A stretch of 56,698 nucleotides of DNA, the filler included, from Trypethelium eluteriae (lineage: Eukaryota), in assembly GCA_051942245.1 (NCBI GenBank). It is 4 parts of 4 records of this genome, joined end to end, with 100 filler letters (N's around TTAATTAATTAA, not from the genome) between each part and the next. Parts side by side here need not be neighbours in the genome. Positions count along the whole stretch, not along the records: positions 42,639 to 56,698 come from JAVECL010000706.1; 3 more parts are not named here. One strand, 5' to 3'. Below are positions 45,901 to 56,698 of the stretch, piece after piece. Numbering within the stretch: position 1 is the stretch's first letter; every line of letters starts with the position of its first letter. The translations under genes were made by a program, and so were the position numbers. The notes under the pieces are model-generated. The model worked only from the letters and a program-made list of their open reading frames with translations, made no database searches and was not told the DNA's origin.

Positions 45901-46465
45901 TGCCAATGAAGGTACCGCTGTCGTACAGGTGCGGTATTGTGTGCAGGGACCGAATATGTTAATAGTAGAGATCGTAGATATCGACCTGGGTTACCAGACC
46001 ATCTAAGTTTCGAACCACCAGTGTGATTTCGAGAAAGTGCATCAGGTCTTGGCATCCAAATTTTATACTACTTGCCTATCTCATAAGAATTGCTTTGCGC
46101 TGATCGGCAGCTAAGCCTTGGAGAACCTTTGTCCTTGAAAGTCTGTCGTGACGTCAGGGGCGGAGGCAGTACAGTCAATCGTCGACATTGAGACACCAAT
46201 GATACGCATTTTGTTTACCTAAGGTACATTTCCTTTGTAGACTTCAATTGGCTACAATCAGGCGCGTCGTCCTGCACAGTAGAATCGATATGGTAGGAAA
46301 TTACTATTTCAGTTAGAGTAAGTAGGCGGTGTTTCCGTCAATCAAACGGCACTGCCGATTTTCCATTGCACAGATCCAATAATTGGCCCTCATGTAGGAA
46401 ATCTCCACTACCTTGACTATCATTTTGCTGGGTTTGATCCATGAGAAATTCCTCCTATCAAATAT

Positions 46466-49400
46466 TTAGAGAAAGGCAGGTGCCTCATCGCTATCTAGCC
46501 TTTGGCTACTCCTACTCGGCCGTTCGTCAGTCGTTTCCCAATCCCCACTCGTGGTTAAACCTAAGCCGATAACTTCTCTCCCTTTCACCCCATTTCTCTC
46601 CTGATTATTTTGATCAGGAAATACTCCAAGTCTGGGACTGCTTGCTATACCGGCATTCGTATCCTTCAATAGACTCAACGGTAGCCGCCGACCCCAAGCT
46701 CTGGTTTCTGCAGCCAGCCTACTCCTCCGCAGCTGCGAATTGTATGCCGAAGATATGAGCGATGCATGATTATCCGTGAACGGTATCTCCATTTCCTTCC
46801 GTTCGTCACGAGACGTCGATGGTGCTGACGCTTGACTGATCTCTCCGTTGTAGTCTCGACCCAGTTTGGCAGCCCAGGCACTACGTTTCCCCGAAGGCCT
46901 CCTCCTAACTCTCTTCGAATGGCTCTGCGGCCTTGATGTATGGAAATCTTCCATGCGCCGTGCAGTCTCAAGAGGCGAAATCTCCAAGGAAACGCTAAAT
47001 TCGGAACCCCCGATACTAGAGTCTGTGCTGTAGAACGAGTCTGCAGATTCGAACTGCCGGCTTGACTCGGCAGTCATGCTTTGAGGAGGACATGGTATGC
47101 CGCTCACTCTTGCATCACGACGGGAATCTTCATGATGCTCCAAGCTGGTGCTTTCAGAACAGCCAGTCACGACCCTGCTTTTCCGGGCATGTTGGCGCCT
47201 GAGATTGTCGATTGCTTGACCGAGGATCGAAGTTGACTCCCTGGAGAGAAATGAGGAGGAGCGGTCAAAATCCGAGCGTCGCGCATCTGAATCACCGGTC
47301 GGAGACGAGGTTCGAGAAGGAGCTCTTGACCCACGAGTGTGGCGAACAGCACCCGTGGAGAAGAAGGGACTTTGGCTAGTCGTCCTGCGTTTTATGTAAC
47401 TTTGTCGTCGCTCTTCCAAAGGCCTCTCATCCTCGTCGAGAGCTTGAAGGATACTACTGCCACCTGTGCCAATTGTAGGGCTTCGCTCGACCAGTCGAAT
47501 ACTTTTTGATCTCTCCGTAAACCTTCTGCAGACATCATGGGTTTCATGTGTCACTCCTGAATATCTTGATGAAGCCCTTCTCTGCTTAATTTCTTCTGCT
47601 AAGGGTGCAAGGGCTGGTTCAGTCATGTATTGCGCGGACCTCTCCGTGAAGCTGAGACGTCTGCCAGTGCCATTATTGCACTGTAATGCTTGGCTGTCAT
47701 GACGGCCATGGCCAATACCAGACAGTTGACGAACGAGTGACTGGTCGGGACCTAGCTGAGAAAGCTGGCTGCTTCTTAACTGCGCCCTTCGGTAGGGCAT
47801 TAGTTGCATAGAGCCTCGAGACTGACGCGCTATTTCTGTAGCCAAACTCATACTATGATGTGGCATATGCCCTTCAGTCGCAGCTTGTCCCCACGATGAG
47901 CGATCATGATATGATAGGATTGTGCCTTCACCATCGTTCAAGTAACTGATCTGCGAACCCCTATTCTGCTGTCTGCTGGCGTTGTAGGGTCTTGAGAGGT
48001 TTAGAGCAACTTCTGGTGGATTTTCTGGAGCTGCAGAGCGCACTATTCTCGGTCTGCTATCATTCTTCTCGAGATCAGGCTCATGCTTTGAATCACGTGG
48101 ACTTTTAGGGAGAGCTCCATGTAGTATTGGCTCTGCTACCTCTGCTTGGGATCCCTGTCTTGGCTGTTTTCGCTGTTTTCGCTGTTTTCGCAGTCTTCGG
48201 CAGAGGCAAAGTGCCACAAAGCCCAGGATCAACGCACCCAGAATAGAGATAGCAATGACAGCACCTAGTGGCATTTTGGAGACTCGATCTGAGCGTGAGG
48301 CTGCAATCTGGCCCGTGCTTGTAGAGGTCGCGGATGTTGATGGGGATACGGGAGATTCTAACGTCGTTGCCGTGGATATCCGTGGCGAGGTTGTGGAGAC
48401 GACTGTAATATGGAATGTTTCAGTCTCTGAGCTTGCAGTGGCTGGAGGGCGAGCTATAATTGTGGCCGTAGCCACTAAAGGCTTGATGGTAGTTGGGATC
48501 TTTCCAATAATGCTGTAGTTAGCTTCGTTGAATTGAAGCCAAGGTGCAGCCGAACCGAGATCAATTGTAATATCCAGAGCAGCTTTTGAAAAGGTGTCCG
48601 GATCGATGTAATAGTCGAAGGGCGCACCAATTGTTGCACTGACGTCTCCTTGTTGTTTTGAGAAGAATGTGGAATTTGTGCTCGTGTCACCACGCTGCAA
48701 ATGAAGTATGATACTGGCTCTGTCGCCCACATTATCGACTACAGTGACTATCACGTCCTCTTGGAACCCTTGTTCTGGCGGAATGCCGGCTAGATCTAGG
48801 GATGTAGGGTCAAAGTTTACCCAATTCGGCTTTTGAGCAGATGCGTTCGCAATCTGTGGTCGTTTCACTGGAGCACCATCCAGGGTTAATTGGCTTAGCA
48901 GCGAAGTATATTCCAGAGATACGCCGGCGCCAATGTTTATATCTTGTTCCGATGTGTTGAATGCAAGCTGCTGCTGATTGATATCCAGTGTGAAGTCTGT
49001 CCACGCGCCGGCGAACCCGGCCACATCTGAGGCGATCAGCTCCACATTGAAGCTCTGAGGGGACGATGTTTCACCCGGAGCTGTCCCAGAAAATTGGAGA
49101 GTGTCTGAATCGAATGATAGCCAGGCTGGTAACGGAGTGTGATCCACTAAGGTCGCATAATAGAACAGTTGTTGGTGTATCTCGCCTGTAAATAGTTGCG
49201 CCGGAAAGTCGATATGAAACGCAGAATTAGGTTTGATCGAGACACTCGAAGGACCTGAGAGGCTCCCGGCTTTCGCAAGATACTCAGAAATTTCCTGAGG
49301 AGCTTGCGGAGCTGGAGAGTCCACCACCACCAATGTCGCCGACATATCTGTTAATCCATCATTATCTATCGCACTGATCCTGAAAGTAGGCGATCCAACA

Positions 49401-49645
49401 TCTTCTTGCTTTGGTATCCCGGAAAGCGTTCGGGTCGAATTGTCAAGGTTAAGCCAAGCTGGCGCGCCTACGAGTACGTATTTCACAATGGTGGAAGAAG
49501 GTTCGAAGGTGGTTAGCGATATCTGGAACTCATACTTTTGACCAACACGACCAGCAGGTGGAACCTGTGAGTTGAATGGAAACGCAACTTGAGGTAGAGC
49601 ACAGCAAGCTGTAATCCAGGACCCTAGTGAAAATAAATGGCGCAT
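46466..49645 (-). CDS. AXL2: Axl2/Bud10 type I membrane polarity protein
   Basis: Signal peptide, FPFNSQVPPAGRVG, repeated cadherin-like/He_PIG units (PAWLNLD..LSGIP, PLPAWLSFD..FSGTAP, LIASDVAGFAG), single TM followed by CLCRRLRK, long Ser/Arg-rich tail. Confidence 0.9.
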   Translation of the reverse strand: MRHLFSLGSWITACCALPQVAFPFNSQVPPAGRVGQKYEFQISLTTFEPSSTIVKYVLVGAPAWLNLDNSTRTLSGIPKQEDVGSPTFRISAIDNDGLTDMSATLVVVDSPAPQAPQEISEYLAKAGSLSGPSSVSIKPNSAFHIDFPAQLFTGEIHQQLFYYATLVDHTPLPAWLSFDSDTLQFSGTAPGETSSPQSFNVELIASDVAGFAGAWTDFTLDINQQQLAFNTSEQDINIGAGVSLEYTSLLSQLTLDGAPVKRPQIANASAQKPNWVNFDPTSLDLAGIPPEQGFQEDVIVTVVDNVGDRASIILHLQRGDTSTNSTFFSKQQGDVSATIGAPFDYYIDPDTFSKAALDITIDLGSAAPWLQFNEANYSIIGKIPTTIKPLVATATIIARPPATASSETETFHITVVSTTSPRISTATTLESPVSPSTSATSTSTGQIAASRSDRVSKMPLGAVIAISILGALILGFVALCLCRRLRKQRKQRKQPRQGSQAEVAEPILHGALPKSPRDSKHEPDLEKNDSRPRIVRSAAPENPPEVALNLSRPYNASRQQNRGSQISYLNDGEGTILSYHDRSSWGQAATEGHMPHHSMSLATEIARQSRGSMQLMPYRRAQLRSSQLSQLGPDQSLVRQLSGIGHGRHDSQALQCNNGTGRRLSFTERSAQYMTEPALAPLAEEIKQRRASSRYSGVTHETHDVCRRFTERSKSIRLVERSPTIGTGGSSILQALDEDERPLEERRQSYIKRRTTSQSPFFSTGAVRHTRGSRAPSRTSSPTGDSDARRSDFDRSSSFLSRESTSILGQAIDNLRRQHARKSRVVTGCSESTSLEHHEDSRRDARVSGIPCPPQSMTAESSRQFESADSFYSTDSSIGGSEFSVSLEISPLETARRMEDFHTSRPQSHSKRVRRRPSGKRSAWAAKLGRDYNGEISQASAPSTSRDERKEMEIPFTDNHASLISSAYNSQLRRSRLAAETRAWGRRLPLSLLKDTNAGIASSPRLGVFPDQNNQERNGVKGREVIGLGLTTSGDWETTDERPSRSSQRLDSDEAPAFL

Positions 49646-50332
49646 CGCCACTTCTCGCTAACCTGTCTCTTGAACCGACCGATGGTGACTTCAATTCTTT
49701 TATCCAAGGAGCAATCAAAATCCCAGAATCGATGCCTCAGGAAATGATAAGAAGCATATGGAGCTCACCAGCTCTCCAGGAAGCAAGAATGGGGCCTTCA
49801 AGGCTAAGCAGAGGGCCATCTGGAATCGCGCGACACGCTTTGTCGCGTTCAACGCGTAAAGTGGTCGCCGGCCTGCGCAGGAAGGGCTAGAAAGGAATGT
49901 AATGAAGGCTTTCACTCGTACCTTGATTGGCAGCAATGGCCCTCGGTAATACCCAGCAAGGGATGGATAATAGCAACTGAGAGAAAGGAATCTTAAACGT
50001 ACCTACCTTTGCGGATTAGTATACCATTAAGTATTGATACGTCTGAATATTCGAATTGAGCGAATGTAACAGCTTCGGCGTCAAAATGGTACCAGCAGTC
50101 AGTCAATTTTGTGTTTCGAGGCAGACTCAAGCACCCTAAACCGAGGATCACAAAGCACATTTCAATCAAGAGGACTGTCCTGTTCATTTCTAATGGCACG
50201 ATTCGGACTAGGAAGTCGTCGAGACCTTCTCTCGACTAAACGCGGATGACGTGGTAGAGATTGTGAAGACGGAGGGTAGGTGGGAGACCAAGAGCATCGT
50301 CGAGGCCACAAGCCCCGGCAAATTCATTCCGC

Positions 50333-51269
50333 ATGGACGAAATCAGCGGCGAAGACGAGATTATAGCAATCAGCGAAGATCTTGTCCAGTCACCCGTCCA
50401 TAAGTCTGCAGGCACATCAATCATCGACTTCGGAGGTTACCTTTCACAGCCATTGAAGCTGCGAGAAGACCTGAAGAATGGATGTGGAGGTCAGCTTTGG
50501 CCAGCCGGCATGGTCCTTGGCAAACACTTGCTTCGACAGCAAAGAAACAACCTGAAGGATAAATCAATGTGGGTTCACCTCCTAATTTTGTACAGGCTGA
50601 AATACTAAAGCGTTAAACAAGAGTTGAATTAGGTGCTGGCGGAGGCCTTGTAGGGTATGTGATGCCTGGGCTTTCTCCTTAACAGGAAGACTGTTCGGAT
50701 TCCAAATGGCTTGATTGGCACAGCATCAAGACACATTCCAATCACTTGGCTTTAATACTCCTTTTCTCGCCTCAAGCGTCGAGTCATATTAATATTGTCG
50801 CATAGGTTGGCCGTTGCGGCTGGCTGCGAGATCAATCAGCCAGTATGGATCACCGACCAACGGCCCATGTTTCAACTTATGAAGGACAATATAGCGCTGA
50901 ATAATATGGAAGATCAAATCCAGCCTGAGATCTACGACTGGGGCTCACCGGTACCTTTCTCACTGCCAAGGCCGGTGGATGTCGTTCTAGCTGCAGACTG
51001 TGTATACTTCGAGCCTGCGTTTCCGCTCCTCCAGCAAACACTCCAAGACCTGATTCAAGAAAATACTGTCTGTTTCTTCTGCTTCAAGAAGAGAAGGAGA
51101 GCGGATATGCAATTTATGAAGTCCGCAAGACGCCTGTTCAACATTGAGGAGATCGAAAATGACCCTGATAGAGAAATTTACCGCAGAGAGAACATCTTTT
51201 TGTAAAGCTTTTCTCCTCTCATATACACCTTTGCTGATGGCCCCTAGGTACAAAATGACGAGGAAGTAG
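50333..51269 (+). CDS. EFM6: Protein-lysine N-methyltransferase Efm6 (METTL21/Methyltransf_16 family), 228 aa
   Basis: Introns 50569-50621, 50655-50805, 51202-51247; 687 nt in frame. GCGGQLWPAG, VELGAGGGLVGL, ITDQ, DW, LAADCVYFEPAFP, KKRRRAD. Confidence 0.88.
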
Positions 51270-51524
51270 ACAGCTTGTGAGACGCATGTGTATCATTCGT
51301 GATTTGGTGGTCTTTCATATATGACCGATGCATAGCTGTTCAATTTTTAGACACGAATCCATTTTTGGTATCATAGAAAGTTCTTCGACTCTGACGAACT
51401 TCTCTACTGAGTAATTGTCCGACGCGTTTCCTCCCTACTGTTGACACCTCACAAGATCACACAAGTCATCACGAACTTCGCTTAGTGGTCTATGTTTCAG
51501 TAGCTAAGCTGTGTAAATGCTACT

Positions 51525-53152
51525 TCAATCTGTACTGCTCGAAGAAGTCCTATTGCAAAGTGCTGGTACATTGCTCGCGCCTTGTCCTACTAATCCGTCG
51601 ATATATGCCAGAAACGTCTGAATGGGTATCATGTCCATGTGTCCAAGACTCGGATTGTTGCTTGTCAATACCTGACCACCCCATAGTACGCGGAGATAAT
51701 AGTCGGCCCCTTTGCTATACATCTCAAATACGACTTCAGCGCCCATGCCAGGCCAAACCATCACATCAATCTGCAAAATGGAAAGCAGAGGTGAGATCGA
51801 ACCGTCGTGCGCAATGTTGTGCCTATATTTTGTTCCACTCCCGCCATAGCTCCCCGTTCCGCCGCGCATGGCACCCCGGAAGTTATTTGCAAGTTCAGCA
51901 ACATAGACACCATACGACGCCGTACTGGCAGAGAGTGACAAGGGATCGTCGCGGTAGATGTATGAGTACTCATATTCGCCAAGACGAAACACTTCGTCCG
52001 CTTGCTCCTGCGTGACGCAGAAGCTGGGATTCGAAATTTTGCACGGTAGTGGCTTGTCATGGCAGAGTCTCGAACTGAGATTGTCAAAATAGTGATCCCA
52101 CGAGACATGCCAGTCTGAAGCTGTAGGATCGACTCCGGAAAGGGCATCGAGGGCGCTGAAGAGAGGGGCAGAAGCATTGAGATGGGTCAGCCAGCCCGGA
52201 GAGGTCGAGCCAGGACCATAAGAATCCGTGATGCTGGAACCGCGTGGGCAGCTGTATGCGGGCTCGAGGGAGTCAATGGAGTCAGGTTGGATCAACAGCG
52301 GAGTGACACTATGGTCCTTCGTCTGCCCAGGATACATGGCAGCTACAACCTCTCCCCCAACCTGACTTGTGATGACGTTGTTCGTAACCCGATAGCTCAC
52401 AGTGTTGTTACTATAGATGCTGGGGATGAACCCAAGCATGTCCTGATATACGGCCTTGAGGTCGGCACCGTGCTGGTAGCTGTCGCCCAGTCCGGCAGAG
52501 GTGATTTGTGGGAACTGGCACGTGCCATTGAAACCTTGGACTGTAAACGGATTGGAGTTACTATCGAAGACGGACCAGTAGGTGCTGGCAGCACTTAGGT
52601 TACCAATGGGAAGCGGCTGGCCGTAGTAGAAGAGGCCTTCGTCGGAGCAATACCAAGCGTAGGACTCGACAGGAAAGGTATTAGCCGCGTAAGGAGTTCG
52701 CTTATGGTGACGATGGATCTTGAACGCATTAGTTATTAAAGCTCGCAAGTACCATGGAAATTCCCTACCACTTCTACGTATTCGAGCTTGTATGAAGAGT
52801 CTACCCTTGGATATTCTTGAGGCCTCACGTGGGGCATATTACACCAGTTGTAGGTTCCATAAGCGGAGCCTCCTGGATTGATGCTTGAATTGAAGATGAA
52901 GCCATAGACACCGGTGCCATTGATTACAGAGGACAAGTTGTTGACCTGGGAAGAGTTAGGTGCATGCCAGGCCAGGTCTGTAGTGTTGGTGCTGCTCTGT
53001 GCCAAAACATTCAAGCTTGAAGCAAAGCTAGAAACGAGCAATGCGCTGTGAACAGTATTCCAATACTTATCATAGTACATGGCGGCGGCAACGAGCAAGA
53101 TGAGCGAAAAGAGGGAGAGTTTAGCACGATGAAATACATCATCGTAGTTCAT
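51525..53152 (-). CDS. Secreted/membrane histidine acid phosphatase (clade 2)
   Basis: Intron 52768..52719 gives EYVEVIHRHHKRTPY (RHxxRxP variant); YNWCNMPHVR; proton-donor AHDGSI. Start may be 53080. Confidence 0.85.
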
Positions 53153-53854
53153 CACCGGGCTCAGGCATAGTGACGATGCATCTGCAAGGCACACGCCAGA
53201 AGATGGAGGCACGAGTAGACAATGTAGGTAAGTCAAGTGCTAGTCTTGGAGCGTGGTGCAGGCATCGCGAGCGATTGGTGGGTTGATGGACGTTGTAGAA
53301 GCGGAAGATGGGCGACGGGCTCGGAGAGGAAAGCTGTTGAGTATGACGAACACACGATGATCCAAGCTCTTAGCTTTAGACCCCGTAAGCGCGCAAGTCA
53401 GGGACGAAAAACTGAGTAACCTAAATGATTGGTGAGCAGACGCCAACAAGACGTTAATGCGACGGAGCTTATTCCTCGTCCGGGTCTGAGGGCGTGAGGA
53501 CGCGAGGGCTACCAGGGTTCGTCACTGCGGAAACGCCCAAGGCTTGGCATCTCCACACCCATTCTCCAAGTCCTTACTCTCCATGTTTGGATAATATCGT
53601 ACATATGTTCATTTGCTGATGCACCTATTCGCCCCCAAATATTGACTGCGAAAACTGCATTACTAGTCGATACTTTTTCCATCTCTCGTCCTGGTCACCG
53701 TTCGCCCCTTAGTCGTCGAGAGTACAACACCTCGATTCTGACAGATTTCTTCAGGCTGCTTTCTTGGATGCTTCGCATTGCAGGGTCGATAGCTCTGACT
53801 GCTGCATGAGAGGGACCGCAAAAAACTTGTGGCTGGCACTCCTGTTGGACGGCC

Positions 53855-56359
53855 ATGCCGACCTTCAATCCCTTGCGTATCGCCAAGCGGCAAATCCAGG
53901 CCTACACACCCATCCTAACTACCGAAGAAGATGATGAATGGGTGGACGAGGAGTACGCCAACGGCGATGACTCCGACTGGAACTCTGCACACTCAGGTTC
54001 GACGCTATCATCAAGAGAAACATCGGCTTCTCATGAGCCTATGCTTCGAGAGAAAAGTCCATACCGGGGAAGATCAAGGGGTCAATCACGCGCATATCAA
54101 TACCGAAATTATAGAAGATTCTCACGACGTTTCGCATGCATACTAGCGACAACCTTGATCGTTTTTATATTAACCTTGACCGAGTTGTCCTACAATTCGG
54201 CCAGGAATGTGGAGCAGGGCATTGGCACACCACCACCACCTCCGCCCGTATGGGAGCAATTTCCATTCCTAAAGCGTTACCATGGTGGCATCCGCACCCT
54301 TGTTCCACGATCACAAAACGTACCAGAGTATCCTACCGGAGACGAGGATATACCCAAGGTGGATCCAAGTCAAGAAGAGCAACCACGGCGAGTAAAGCGT
54401 CAGGAAATCGACGCTGTTGGTCCAGAAAACCTGAGCCCAATCCACTCTCCCGTTCCGCCCTCACAAGAGTTCGACCCGTACAAGAGCCTCCAACACGACG
54501 ACATCTCAGATGGATATGCACTCCCGAAACAATGTTTCATTGATGCTGAAGAAAAGCAACGGGTCCCCCCCTTACGAGTTTACAATGGGGTTCCCCAGGG
54601 TACACCGGTCAATGTCATGGGGTCATACGAGATATTCGGGCTGAGGCATGATATCTGCTTTGAACGCTTTGGAAGGTTAGGTCCGTACGGTCTCGGTTAC
54701 TCAAGAAAATACGGAGGGAGTGGAACTTCGCTGGATGGTGATCGTGAAGGAGCGGATGCCGTTTGGGAAAAGGATGGCGAAATAGATTACCGGAAGATCA
54801 ATTGGAAAGATGTTCAAGGGCGTTGTGTCAAGAAGAACAGTCACCGCTTTAAAGAGACGGACCAGGGCGCACTGTCCAACGTGCCGAATGTAAAATCCAT
54901 TTCTACTTTAGAGGAGCGTGACCTCAACGACGAGGTCGACGTATCCTCGCATTTTACATCGGTCCCAGACAACAAGAAGCTGCTTCCACGCACAGCCGTC
55001 ATTGTACGAACCTGGAGCGATTTTCAGTACGATGAAGAAGACCTCTTATACTTGCGCGCCCTGGTTTCCGAACTTGCTATTGCCTCGGGTGCAGAATACG
55101 AGCTTCATTTCCTCATTCATGTCAAGGACAGTGATCTTCCAATCTGGTCTGATAAGCATGAATACGATCGAGTACTCAACGAGTCGTTGCCCGAAGAGTT
55201 CCGTGGCATGGGCACACTATGGACAGAACCTCAGATGAGCCTGTTCTACGGCGGCTTGGCAGAGACCTTCTACCGTAATCTACCGGTCCACGGTGTCTAT
55301 CGAAGCACGTATATGCCCATGCAGCATTTTGCCCAACACCATCCCGAGTACGATTTCTTCTGGCACTGGGAGATGGACATCCGCTACACCGGTCACTTCT
55401 ACCACCTTTTCGACAAAGTCAGCAAGTGGGCCAAACAACAACCCCGCAAGGGCCTCTGGGAACGCAACTCCCGCTTCTACGTCCCCGCAGAACACGGCAG
55501 CTGGGACGACTTCCGCCAAATGGTGCGCGTCCAAACCGAGCACGGCACCTCCACAAGCAACAACATGTGGGCGGACAAGCTCCCCTCCGCCGACCCCCAC
55601 AACCCAAACACGCCGGACCAAAGACCCGAAGTCCCCATCTGGGGCCCCGAGCCACCTCCCAACGACCCGCTCGACATCAACTCCGACCCACACCCGCGCG
55701 TCATCTACAACGCCGACAAGTACGAATGGGGCGTGGACGAAGACGCCGACTTCATCACTTTCAACCCGCTCTTCGACCCGCAGGGCACCAACTGGATCCT
55801 CGCCGACGACGTCACCGGCTACGAAACCCCGAACTCGGCCGTCCCGCGTCGCACCGCCATCATCACCGCTAGCCGCCTGTCGCGCCGCCTGCTCGACACC
55901 ATGCACCGCGAGACGAGCCTGCATCGGCACACGATGTTCTCGGAGATGTGGCCGGGGTCTGCTGCGCTGCACCATGGCTTGAAGGCGGTGTATGCGCCGC
56001 ATCCGGTGTTTATCGATCGTAGGTGGCCGACGAGTTATCTGGCGGCGACGTTTAATGGCGGGAGGAATGGGGCTGCGGGGGGGGCGAGGACGTCCGTGTT
56101 TAGTGATGAGCGGCAGCATAATTTTAAGGGGACGACGTGGTATTATGATGCTGGATTTGCGCCAAACCTGTGGAAGCGGTGGTTGGGATATAAGGTGGAT
56201 AACGATGGTGGGGAGCAATATGAATTGAGTGGGGAGGGGAGGATGTGCTTGCCGGCGATGTTGCTGCATCCAGTCAAACAGGTGGATTTGGTGATTGAGA
56301 AGAGTGAGGATGAGTACGTGGAGGAAAGCGGGGAGGACGTGATGGGGCCGGATGCTTGA
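53855..56359 (+). CDS. DUF3405 family type II membrane protein, 834 aa
   Basis: TM ILATTLIVFILT; GSYEIFGL..CFERFGRLGPYG, RTAVIVRTW, LRALVSEL, YDFFWHWEMDIRYTGH, SRLSRRLL, MFSEMW, HGLKAVYAPHP, MLLHPVK. Confidence 0.85.
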   Translation: MPTFNPLRIAKRQIQAYTPILTTEEDDEWVDEEYANGDDSDWNSAHSGSTLSSRETSASHEPMLREKSPYRGRSRGQSRAYQYRNYRRFSRRFACILATTLIVFILTLTELSYNSARNVEQGIGTPPPPPPVWEQFPFLKRYHGGIRTLVPRSQNVPEYPTGDEDIPKVDPSQEEQPRRVKRQEIDAVGPENLSPIHSPVPPSQEFDPYKSLQHDDISDGYALPKQCFIDAEEKQRVPPLRVYNGVPQGTPVNVMGSYEIFGLRHDICFERFGRLGPYGLGYSRKYGGSGTSLDGDREGADAVWEKDGEIDYRKINWKDVQGRCVKKNSHRFKETDQGALSNVPNVKSISTLEERDLNDEVDVSSHFTSVPDNKKLLPRTAVIVRTWSDFQYDEEDLLYLRALVSELAIASGAEYELHFLIHVKDSDLPIWSDKHEYDRVLNESLPEEFRGMGTLWTEPQMSLFYGGLAETFYRNLPVHGVYRSTYMPMQHFAQHHPEYDFFWHWEMDIRYTGHFYHLFDKVSKWAKQQPRKGLWERNSRFYVPAEHGSWDDFRQMVRVQTEHGTSTSNNMWADKLPSADPHNPNTPDQRPEVPIWGPEPPPNDPLDINSDPHPRVIYNADKYEWGVDEDADFITFNPLFDPQGTNWILADDVTGYETPNSAVPRRTAIITASRLSRRLLDTMHRETSLHRHTMFSEMWPGSAALHHGLKAVYAPHPVFIDRRWPTSYLAATFNGGRNGAAGGARTSVFSDERQHNFKGTTWYYDAGFAPNLWKRWLGYKVDNDGGEQYELSGEGRMCLPAMLLHPVKQVDLVIEKSEDEYVEESGEDVMGPDA

Positions 56360-56698
56360 GGAACCTACTCTCTCTTTGATCGAGGTAGGAAGTAGATGGG
56401 TTTTAACGGCATAGGGGAAGCATGTTGGAGTAACAAAATGGTGGGATTCACCGGCGTTCATTCAGTGACCGTTTTGGACACGTTACGGCAAGCGGGCATA
56501 ATGCATTTCACTCTGACGAGAATTTGGGTCTGTACATACGTGTACAGAATGGCTGTACAAGAGCATATCTATGTAGCAACGAAAAGAGGCTTCACCACGA
56601 CCTCGTTGTACAAGTGTCTCTCCAGCACTCCTGGACCCACACTAATCTTCTCTACACTGACACCCAAAATGCTCTCAGCCTTCTACAGCCTCTTAATC

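Noticed and set aside
55280..56461. 393-aa antisense ORF and other long overlapping ORFs (also 12571-13332, 25059-25754, 40791-41480)
   Set aside because: Shadows of real genes in GC-rich or repetitive codon regions; no recognisable motifs.

Overview
Intron-containing genomic DNA of a filamentous ascomycete (Pezizomycotina), in four contig pieces joined by three artificial 100-nt spacers (N44-TTAATTAATTAA-N44). Genes from left to right: partial kinesin-7 (KipA/Kip2); a three-gene mycosporine (UV-sunscreen) cluster (demethyl-4-deoxygadusol synthase, O-methyltransferase, ATP-grasp ligase); DGA1; an STK19-family gene; a decayed Ty3/Gypsy fragment with RIP-like changes; an intron-rich SSU1/TDT transporter; PRMT3/RmtB; a ~180-bp palindrome (MITE-like); two spliced unknown genes; an MFS transporter; DIP2/UTP12; a second, intronless SSU1/TDT paralogue; a small secreted Cys-rich 3D/DPBB-like protein; a ~1830-aa secreted GH16 plus five PAN/apple-like module protein that needs two GC-AG introns; SWC4; a p24 protein; AXL2; EFM6; a histidine acid phosphatase; and a DUF3405 protein. 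Several genes also carry sharp kb-scale C/A-rich to G/T-rich skew switches. Gene models were spliced by hand and checked for frame. Family calls rest on recognised motifs, not database searches.
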